DNA of 64,000 nt, taken from positions 2,891,374 through 2,955,373 of the forward strand of contig OZ243106.1 in assembly GCA_965212225.1 (NCBI GenBank), given 5' to 3'. Source of the stretch: Phycisphaerales bacterium (GTDB lineage Bacteria > Planctomycetota > Phycisphaerae > Phycisphaerales > UBA1924). Shown piece by piece: positions 48,010 to 55,059 of this stretch. The position numbers were made by a program, and so were the translations under genes. How positions within the stretch are numbered: position 1 is the first letter of the stretch; each line of letters starts with the position of its first letter. The notes under the pieces are model-generated. The model searched no databases and was not told the DNA's origin. It worked only from the letters and a program-made list of their open reading frames with translations.

Positions 48010-48067
48010 ACCGACATCATGCCGCGTTTCCGACCAGACTCCAAGCGCCACGATCCATCCAAACGCA

Positions 48068-48649
48068 TCATCCCCGCTCGATCACCGCCATCGCCATCCG
48101 CTTCGCCAGACGGGCATACACCCCCGGATCGGAACCGCCGCCCTCGACCTGACCGACCACCCGCGCTGCGACAATCGAACCCTCGAGCAGGATGTTGAGC
48201 TGCTCCGCCAAATCGGCGGGGTCAGTCAGACTCGCCGCGACGCACAGCTCGCGCAAGTACCGAACGATCTCCTGCTTGTGCTCCGATGCCAGCCGGCGCG
48301 GCGCCGAGTCCGCAACCGAGAACTCCGCCGCCGCGTTGATGAACATGCACCCGCAGAACTCCTCGCCGGAGAACCACTGCTCGTGAAAGTCGAAGACCGC
48401 CGCGATCCGTTCACGCGGCTCCTTCGAAGCCGACTCGACAAACTTCATCAGCCGGTTCCGAAAGATCTCATCCCGACGACGCATCGCCGCCAGGATCAGT
48501 TCGTCCTTCGACTTGAAGTGGTTGTACAGCGTCATCCGGCTGATCCCGCCCTCTTTCTGGATGTCGTCCAGACTCGAGGCGTGGAAACCGCAGCGATAGA
48601 AAACTCGCATGGCTGCGTCGATCAATTCATCCCGGCGACTGGGGGGCAT
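48068..48649 (-). CDS. TetR/AcrR family transcriptional regulator
   Basis: HTH region RRDELIDAAMRVFYRCGFHASSLDDIQKEGGISRMTLYNHFKSKDELI. AGGAG RBS 6 nt before ATG 48649; ORF maximum is 48703. Confidence 0.9.
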   Translation of the reverse strand: MPPSRRDELIDAAMRVFYRCGFHASSLDDIQKEGGISRMTLYNHFKSKDELILAAMRRRDEIFRNRLMKFVESASKEPRERIAAVFDFHEQWFSGEEFCGCMFINAAAEFSVADSAPRRLASEHKQEIVRYLRELCVAASLTDPADLAEQLNILLEGSIVAARVVGQVEGGGSDPGVYARLAKRMAMAVIERG

Positions 48650-48672
48650 AAAGACTCCTGACTGAGAAACTA

Positions 48673-48692
48673 CATACGGACCGATCAGTATA
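48673..48692. promoter_or_regulatory. operator-like site 2 (CATACGGACCGATCAGTATA) upstream of tetR
   Basis: 16 of 20 positions identical to the palindrome at 48811..48830. Lies 24-43 nt upstream of the tetR ATG and contains TATACT on the tetR strand. Confidence 0.55.
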
Positions 48693-48804
48693 GTATCCGT
48701 CACAATCCGGTGCCAGCATCGACACGCCGAGACTGAGAAAACAGACGGATTGAGGCTGCCGAAAGAGCAAAGTCAAGGATTTTGGGAAAAAGCATTGAAC
48801 TCGC

Positions 48805-48832
48805 TTGACCTATACTTACCGGTCAGTATACT
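48805..48832 (+). promoter_or_regulatory. sigma70-like promoter TTGACC-N16-TATACT with an embedded 20-bp near-palindrome (candidate TetR operator)
   Basis: TTGACC at 48805..48810 and TATACT at 48827..48832. The palindrome TATACTTACCGGTCAGTATA (48811..48830) is 18 of 20 self-complementary and fills the spacer and -10. It is 125 nt upstream of the CMD-family gene. Confidence 0.65.
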
Positions 48833-48956
48833 TGTCGCGAAGAGCATCGGGTTCCGGATCAGATCCAGCCCCCGCTCACCACAACCCGCGCCATTCGCAC
48901 TCGGCGACCGTTTCGCCCGAGCAGGATGTCGCACCGCCTTCCCAAAGGAGAACCCC

Positions 48957-49526
48957 ATGTCCCGTTTCCCGATCCACACCGCTGAAACCGCCCCCGAAGC
49001 AAAGCCGCTCATCGAGGGTGCCCAGAAGGCGTTCGGTTTCGTGCCGAACCTGCTCGGCATCATGGCCGCAGCGCCCGCCCTGCTCGAGGGCTACATGACC
49101 CTCGCGTCCATCTTCGACAAAACCGATCTCTCCCCCACCGAGCGCCAGATCGTCCTGATGGTCAACAACCGACTCAACGGCTGCACCTACTGCATGGCCG
49201 CGCACACGGCGATCGCAAGCTCCCAGGGCGTGTCCGATGAGGTCATCGAAGCGCTCCGCAACGGCTCGGAACTCGCCGACCCCAAACTCGAAGCCCTGCG
49301 CACCTTCGCCATCCGCATCAACGAAACCCGCGGCTGGCCGGACCAACAGGACATCGACGCTCTCCTGAGCGCCGGCTACACCCAGCGCACCGTCCTCGAG
49401 GTCATCCTCGGCACGTCGCTCAAGGTCATGTCCAACTACACCAACCACATCGCGGGCACGCCGCTCGACAGCGCCTTCAAGGCCGTCGAGTGGACCGATG
49501 CCGATCTCGCCTGCCCCGCTCGCTAA
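48957..49526 (+). CDS. carboxymuconolactone decarboxylase (AhpD-like) family protein
   Basis: [24 protein letters not shown] (CxxC..H AhpD-type motif). The ORF part upstream of 48957 is rejected. Confidence 0.85.
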   Translation: MSRFPIHTAETAPEAKPLIEGAQKAFGFVPNLLGIMAAAPALLEGYMTLASIFDKTDLSPTERQIVLMVNNRLNGCTYCMAAHTAIASSQGVSDEVIEALRNGSELADPKLEALRTFAIRINETRGWPDQQDIDALLSAGYTQRTVLEVILGTSLKVMSNYTNHIAGTPLDSAFKAVEWTDADLACPAR

Positions 49527-49579
49527 CCGCACGCCCGGCGCTGCTCTCACACTCCAGCGCCGAAGCAAGGAACCCAACC

Positions 49580-50086
49580 ATGAAACCCGAAACCTGCCCG
49601 GCGACCCCGCGGGCCGCGCGATCGCCGCGCCCGCTCCTCCCGCCGTTCACCACCGAAACCGCACTCGCCAAGGTCCGCGCTGCGGAGGACGCCTGGAACA
49701 GCCGCGATCCCGATCGCGTCGCGCTGGCCTACTCCCCCGACAGCGAATGGCGCAACCGCGACACGTTCATCCAGGGACGCGACCAGATCCGCGCCTTTCT
49801 TCAGAACAAGTGGAACCGCGAGCTCGACTACCGACTCGCCAAGTCGCTCTGGGGCTTCCGCGAGAACCGCATCGCCGTCCGCTTCCAGTACGAGTGGCAC
49901 AACCCGGACGGCAACTGGTTCCGCAGCTACGGCAACGAGCTCTGGGAGTTCGACGAAGACGGCCTGATGCGCCGGCGCGAAGCCAGCATCAACGACGTAC
50001 CCATCGCCGCCGACGATCGACGCTTCCACTGGCCCGCCCCCGGACCACGCCCCGCGGATCACGAAGGCATCCCGAACGTGCGCTGA
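49580..50086 (+). CDS. DUF1348 (NTF2/SnoaL-like) family protein
   Basis: [41 protein letters not shown]...[30 protein letters not shown] is the highly conserved DUF1348 pattern. Confidence 0.85.
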   Translation: MKPETCPATPRAARSPRPLLPPFTTETALAKVRAAEDAWNSRDPDRVALAYSPDSEWRNRDTFIQGRDQIRAFLQNKWNRELDYRLAKSLWGFRENRIAVRFQYEWHNPDGNWFRSYGNELWEFDEDGLMRRREASINDVPIAADDRRFHWPAPGPRPADHEGIPNVR

Positions 50087-50139
50087 CCAGCGCACCGAAC
50101 ACTCCATTTTCACCCATACCAAGGAAAGAGAACATTCCA

Positions 50140-51336
50140 ATGCAACGCTTCACACTCATCGCTCTGACCGCCATCATCACCACCCCCCTCGCCGCGCTCG
50201 CCATCCACGGCGAACACGACGGCCACGACCACGCCCCCACCGTCCACTACATCGACGGCCCGCGCCCCGACGCACCCATCCCGCGCCCCGGCGTCGAACT
50301 CACCCGAGGCGACTTCGCCCTGCTCGTCATCGACCCGCAGAACGACTTCCTCAGCCCCGACGGAGTCGCCTGGGGCGTCGTCGGCGAGAGCGTCACCGAG
50401 AACGGAACCGTCGACAACATCGAACGACTCTTCAAGGCCAGCAAGGACGCCGGCGCCCAAGTCTTCGTCAGCCCGCACTATTACTACCCGCACGACCACA
50501 ACTGGCAGTTCGAGGGCGCACTCGAACGGCTCATGCACGACATCGGCATGTTCGACCGCCAGAGCCCCCTCAGCGTCGGCTCGCTCGAGGGTTCGGGTGC
50601 CGACTGGCTCGACCGCTACAAGCCCTACATCAACGACGGCAAGACCATCGTCGTCAGCCCCCACAAGGTCTACGGCCCCGAATCCAACGACCTTACGCTC
50701 CAGCTCCGCAAGGCCGGCATCAGCAAAGTGGTCGTTGCCGGCATGTCCGCCAACCTCTGCGTCGAGTCGCACATGCGCGACCTCATCGAAGAGGGCTTCG
50801 AGGTCGCGATCGTCTCCGACGCCACCGCCGCGGCCAAACTCCCCGGCTACGACGGATTCGAGGCCGCCTTCGTCAACTATCGCATGATCGCCAGCGATGT
50901 GTGGAGCACCGACGAGGCCGTCGCCAAGATCGCCGGTGCCAAGGGCAACCTCGTCAACGTTTCCGGAGCCAGCAACATCGGCCTCGACGGCTTCGACCCC
51001 GTCAGCTTCTTCACCGGCGACACGCCGCGCAACGGATCCCCCATGATCCGCGCCGACCACGCCGGAGCCACCTACCTCTTCGCTACCGAGGCCAACCGGG
51101 ACGCGTTCGCCGCGAACCCCGAACGCTACGCCCCGCAGTACGGCGGCTTCTGCGCCTACGGCGTCTCGCTCGGCATCCTCCTGCCCGTGGACATCACCAC
51201 CGCCCAGGTGCGCAACGGCAAGCTCTACCTCAACGTGAACTCTGACATCCTCAAGAAGTTCAACGCCGACTTCGAAGGCAGCGTCGAGCGGGCCAACACC
51301 AACTGGCCAGCCCTGTTCGACGAACACGCCGAATAA
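50140..51336 (+). CDS. exported isochorismatase-family cysteine hydrolase fused to a C-terminal YHS-like domain
   Basis: AAGGAAAGAG RBS. Signal peptide MQRFTLIALTAIITTPLAALA followed by His-rich HGEHDGHDH. ALLVIDPQNDF and VVVAGMSANLCVESH (isochorismatase D/K/C context). The C-terminal GFDPVSFF...YAPQYGGFCAYG...GKLYLN resembles YHS-domain proteins. Confidence 0.8.
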   Translation: MQRFTLIALTAIITTPLAALAIHGEHDGHDHAPTVHYIDGPRPDAPIPRPGVELTRGDFALLVIDPQNDFLSPDGVAWGVVGESVTENGTVDNIERLFKASKDAGAQVFVSPHYYYPHDHNWQFEGALERLMHDIGMFDRQSPLSVGSLEGSGADWLDRYKPYINDGKTIVVSPHKVYGPESNDLTLQLRKAGISKVVVAGMSANLCVESHMRDLIEEGFEVAIVSDATAAAKLPGYDGFEAAFVNYRMIASDVWSTDEAVAKIAGAKGNLVNVSGASNIGLDGFDPVSFFTGDTPRNGSPMIRADHAGATYLFATEANRDAFAANPERYAPQYGGFCAYGVSLGILLPVDITTAQVRNGKLYLNVNSDILKKFNADFEGSVERANTNWPALFDEHAE

Positions 51337-51457
51337 CCCCCCGCTCTCTCCCTTTCCGGCCGTCGGGGTGGACACACTCCGTCGGCCGATTCGCAGAAGC
51401 GCGACCGCCCCACTTGCCCGCGCGCGACCCGTCCACCAAGGCACGAAGGAGATCCCC

Positions 51458-52147
51458 ATGACTGTCCTGCTGCGTATCGATGCGAGCGCTCGCCTCAACG
51501 GCTCGATCACCCGAGAAATGGCCGACCGGTTCATCGACGGTTGGCGCACAACCGAACCCAACGCGAAGACCCTGTCCAGAGACGTCGGCCGCGAGCCTCC
51601 GTCGATCGTGACTGAAGCATCGATCCGTGCGGGCTTCACCCCTCCCGACCAGCGCACCGCCGACATGAACGACGCCCTCGCGGAATCCATGACCCTCATC
51701 GACGAGCTGCGCCGAGCCGATGTGCTCGTGATGGCAGCGCCGCTCTACAACTACGGCCTCCCGGCATCCTTGAAAGCGTGGATCGATCAGATCGTCCGGC
51801 CCGGTGAAACCTTCTCGTTCGACCTGGAGCGAGGAGATTTCCCGATCCGGAGCACGCTCAGCGGGAAGTCACTGGTCGTGCTCTCCTCCCGAGGCGAGTT
51901 CGGCTTCGAGCCCGGCGGCATCCGTGATGGCTGGAACCACCTGAACCCGAACCTGCGAACAGTGGCCACACGCCTGCTCGGCATCGCCCCGAATGACATC
52001 CACGAGATCGCCTCGGAGTACCAGGAGTTCGGCGACGAACGTCACGACCGCTCGCGTGAGCGGGCCCTCCACGATGCGTCCGAACTCGGTTCTCGCCTCG
52101 CCGCCGCCAGACGATCCCCGTGCAGCAACGAGAAAGTCCCGGCCTGA
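51458..52147 (+). CDS. azoR: FMN-dependent NADH-azoreductase/quinone reductase (AzoR-like)
   Basis: GAAGGAG RBS. LLRIDASAR..GSITR and ADVLVMAAPLYNYGLPASLKAWIDQIVRPGETF flavodoxin-like-fold motifs. Confidence 0.8.
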   Translation: MTVLLRIDASARLNGSITREMADRFIDGWRTTEPNAKTLSRDVGREPPSIVTEASIRAGFTPPDQRTADMNDALAESMTLIDELRRADVLVMAAPLYNYGLPASLKAWIDQIVRPGETFSFDLERGDFPIRSTLSGKSLVVLSSRGEFGFEPGGIRDGWNHLNPNLRTVATRLLGIAPNDIHEIASEYQEFGDERHDRSRERALHDASELGSRLAAARRSPCSNEKVPA

Positions 52148-52196
52148 ACGCTCGGCGGATTCGCGAGCAGCCCGTATCTCCGACGCTCTCTCTCTG

Positions 52197-52238
52197 GCCG
52201 CCCGCCCCGGCCCGTCCCCGGCGGGCGGCTTCTTCGTG
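52197..52238 (+). terminator. intrinsic terminator after the azoR-like gene
   Basis: Perfect 10-bp stem GCCGCCCGCC/GGCGGGCGGC followed by TTCTTCGTG. A second hairpin GCGGGCC-GCGAAA-GGCCCGC at 52255..52274 faces the convergent gene. Confidence 0.6.
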
Positions 52239-52303
52239 CGCAGCGCACATAAGAGCGGGCCGCGAAAGGCCCGCCGTACACAAGGCCCAGTCTCACCCCG
52301 CCC

Positions 52304-53410
52304 TCAACGCCTGCGTCGCGCAAACGCCAGACCGCCGAGCCCGAGCAGCGCCGTCGCGCCCGGAGCCGGGACCAGCGTCATCCGGTACGCCCGGATCTCG
52401 CCGTCGATCAGCGCCGTGCCGACGATCGTGCCGTCCTCGGCGATACCGAGCGCGGACGAGCTCGTGTTCATCGAGATGTCCCAGCCGCTGTCGGCGGGGA
52501 TCAGGTCCTGCAGGCGATACGTCTGATCACCGTCGTACAGGAACGGTACCGCGAACTGCCCGCTCCCGATGCCCACGACCCAGCCGTCCGAGTTCACGCC
52601 ACGCGCGCTCGCCATCGACGTCCCCGCCGGCAACGGGATCTCCTGGCTCGCGCCGCGACCAGCGCTCCAGATGAACGGCGTCGAGCCGGACTGGTTGAAC
52701 GAACTCGAGCCGACCACATGCCCGGCTTCGCTGATGTCAAACGCGATCGTGCCGTTGTCGCCCGGCAGGGCCGGCACCTCGGTCAGCGTGCCGTTGTTGA
52801 TGTTGTAGAGCAGGCCAACGTTGCGCGAGAGCATGTTCGGATCGGTGCCGTTTCCGACCGCGAAGCCCGCGTTGTTCACCCGAAAGGCCGTCGTCATCGA
52901 GGCGCCGCCCGCGGTCGTCGCCGTGATGCGGTTCACCGCTCCGTTGTTCCAGTACGCCGCGACCTCCAGACTGCCCCCGCCGAGCGAGCCGACCACGAAG
53001 CCGCCGTCGTTCACATCGTTGGCGCGTCCAACGCCCAGTCCGTCCATCGAGAGCTGCGTCAGCGAACCGTTCGTCCACTGCAGCGGGATCGCCCCCGAGC
53101 CGAAGAAGGTGTCCGCGCCGACACCGACCACCACGCCGCTGTCGTTCGCACCGTTCGCCACGCCGTACGGCTTGCCCGCGGCGTTCGGAAGCGCCGTCAG
53201 TGCCGATCCGGGGTTCGCGAAGAAAGGCGTGTTGGTCGTGCCCGCCCCCCGCCCGAACGCCACCCCGCCCGGCGAAACCCCGAAGCCCTGCGACGCAAAG
53301 TCCCCGCTCTGCACCAGCCCCAGATCTTCGATCTGGTACACCGGAGCCGCCACCGCCGCCGAAGCACCCAGCCCCGCGGCGAACAGCACTGCAAACCCAT
53401 TCCTGATCAT
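52304..53410 (-). CDS. HAF-repeat extracellular protein with PEP-CTERM sorting signal
   Basis: Signal peptide MIRNGFAVLFAAGLGASAAVA. At least six repeats of the type A.GVN..G.VVG (ANGANDSGVVVG, ANDVNDGGFVVG, AFRVNNAGFAVG, AFDISEAGHVVG, ARGVNSDGWVVG, ALGIAEDGTIVG). C-terminus LVPAPGATALLGLGGLAFARRRR. Confidence 0.85.
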   Translation of the reverse strand: MIRNGFAVLFAAGLGASAAVAAPVYQIEDLGLVQSGDFASQGFGVSPGGVAFGRGAGTTNTPFFANPGSALTALPNAAGKPYGVANGANDSGVVVGVGADTFFGSGAIPLQWTNGSLTQLSMDGLGVGRANDVNDGGFVVGSLGGGSLEVAAYWNNGAVNRITATTAGGASMTTAFRVNNAGFAVGNGTDPNMLSRNVGLLYNINNGTLTEVPALPGDNGTIAFDISEAGHVVGSSSFNQSGSTPFIWSAGRGASQEIPLPAGTSMASARGVNSDGWVVGIGSGQFAVPFLYDGDQTYRLQDLIPADSGWDISMNTSSSALGIAEDGTIVGTALIDGEIRAYRMTLVPAPGATALLGLGGLAFARRRR

Positions 53411-53580
53411 GCTTCAATCCCTCTCTCGCGATGCGTGAACCGACGGGCTGACGCCGAAACCCGGCATCCAAAGAAACCCTACACCTGATCCGCCCGAGCG
53501 TAAGCCTCGGCTTTCCGTTCCAACAAAAAACCGAGGATGGGCCAAAGATTGGACGCGGGCGATCGTTCGGTTCGCGCACG

Positions 53581-53604
53581 AAAAAGGCAGGCGATCTGCC
53601 TGCC
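53581..53604 (-). terminator. intrinsic terminator after the TSCPD-domain gene
   Basis: Minus strand has GGCAGG-loop-CCTGCC followed by TTTTT, 32 nt after the stop. Confidence 0.7.
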
Positions 53605-53635
53605 CGCACCGAGCCATCCAGTCCCCCGCGGTCGC

Positions 53636-54022
53636 CTACCGCCCTACAAACTCCAGTTCCAAGAACCGCGCGATGTAGTCCACCAGGCTCATCGCCTCGG
53701 GGATCTGCGGGTTCGAGGTCGCGCCCATCGGCTCGAAGCGCATCCCCTTGAAACGAACCACCGCGTCCTCGACGCTTAGCCCGTACTGCAGCGCCAGACT
53801 CATCGCGCGGCAGTACGCCTGGCACATGCCGCTGATCGTCGAGCCCTCCTTGCTCATCTTCAGGAACAGCTCGCCCGGCTTGCCGTCCTCGTGCAGGCCG
53901 ATCGTCAGGTAGCCCTCGTGCTTGCCGATCGAGAACTTGTGCGTGAGCGAGCGGCGGGTCTGGGGCAGCGAGCGGCGGGTGGTCTCGGCGGCGGCGGTGG
54001 ACATCGACGAAGGTCTCCTCAA
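53636..54022 (-). CDS. stand-alone TSCPD-domain protein (class II ribonucleotide reductase C-terminal-like), cysteine-less variant
   Basis: LTHKFSIGKHEGYLTIGLHEDGKPGELFLKMSKEGSTISGM...MSLALQYGLSVEDAVVRFKGMRF matches the TSCPD-domain pattern from memory. Confidence 0.65.
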   Translation of the reverse strand: MRRPSSMSTAAAETTRRSLPQTRRSLTHKFSIGKHEGYLTIGLHEDGKPGELFLKMSKEGSTISGMCQAYCRAMSLALQYGLSVEDAVVRFKGMRFEPMGATSNPQIPEAMSLVDYIARFLELEFVGR

Positions 54023-54130
54023 GAAACGCTGGCGAAGGCCCCGAGTCTACACACCGGGTCCGAGAAAAACATCGGCAACGATCCGGAGAACCGCCCAGAA
54101 TTCACTCCGTGCGAGCCGGAGGGCTTCCGC

Positions 54131-55015
54131 TCAGCCCGCGCCCAGCCACATCCACCCCGCCTGCGCCAGCGCCACCACCCCGATCATCGAGGCCATGGCG
54201 ATCCGGCGCGTGCGTCCCGCTCCGGGGTCCAGCCCCAGCACCGCCAGCAGCACGCCGATGATCAGCAGCATCACGTCCGGAAGCAACGCGCCGAAACCGG
54301 GCACGTAGGGTCGGCCCGACAGTTCGAGCGCAATCGCCTGCGACCGCTGGCCGGACCCCCACTCCGGCTGAGCCATCGCCCCACCGACGATCCGCGTGAT
54401 GTTCGCGCAGCCGATGGCGATCCCGGTCGCGATGACCGCGCCGGTCGCCACCGTCGCGACATCGCGCTGGCGCAGCGCCCAGACGATCAGGTGCGCCGAG
54501 ACCAGCCCGAGCGCGACGAGCGCCGAGGCGCCGTCCAACACCGCCCAGCCGATGCACACGCCCGATACAACGCCGAGCAGACCGACCAAGGCGTCCGAGC
54601 CAGTGCGCGGGGCATCACCCGATCGGCGAGCGCGGTCCTCTTCGCTGTTGACCACCCACCACACCGCGAGCGCGAGCAGAAGGAGCAGTTGCCCGTTGAG
54701 CGCGTCGACGCGACCGACCAGACCGGCTCCGCCGAGGATAGCGACCAGCCCGGCCAGCACGCCGACGCCGAGGCGCCCGCCGGTGACCGCACTCTTCGCG
54801 AGCGCGACCAGCAGCGCCAGCACCATCGGCGCGACGATCAACTCCGAAGCGCCGATCGGTACGGCACCTTTACCAATGCTCAGGGCCGCCGCGCACGAGG
54901 CGGAAACGCCGAGCACGACAATCGGCGCGCCGCTGCTGCGAACCGATGCACCAGCACGCTGGGACATCGCGGCGAAAACGAGCGTGGTCAGGATGGCCAG
55001 AGAAAGCGAAAGCAC
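54131..55015 (-). CDS. hypothetical polytopic membrane protein (about 8 TM), last gene of the SecA-like operon
   Basis: Alternating roughly 20-aa hydrophobic segments and short charged loops. GTG start 44 nt after the SecA-like stop, same strand. The opposite-strand ORF is Arg-rich junk. Confidence 0.6.
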   Translation of the reverse strand: MLSLSLAILTTLVFAAMSQRAGASVRSSGAPIVVLGVSASCAAALSIGKGAVPIGASELIVAPMVLALLVALAKSAVTGGRLGVGVLAGLVAILGGAGLVGRVDALNGQLLLLLALAVWWVVNSEEDRARRSGDAPRTGSDALVGLLGVVSGVCIGWAVLDGASALVALGLVSAHLIVWALRQRDVATVATGAVIATGIAIGCANITRIVGGAMAQPEWGSGQRSQAIALELSGRPYVPGFGALLPDVMLLIIGVLLAVLGLDPGAGRTRRIAMASMIGVVALAQAGWMWLGAG

Positions 55016-55059
55016 GAACCCACGAGTGTATCCGGCTGCTGGACCACGCGGATCCTTCC

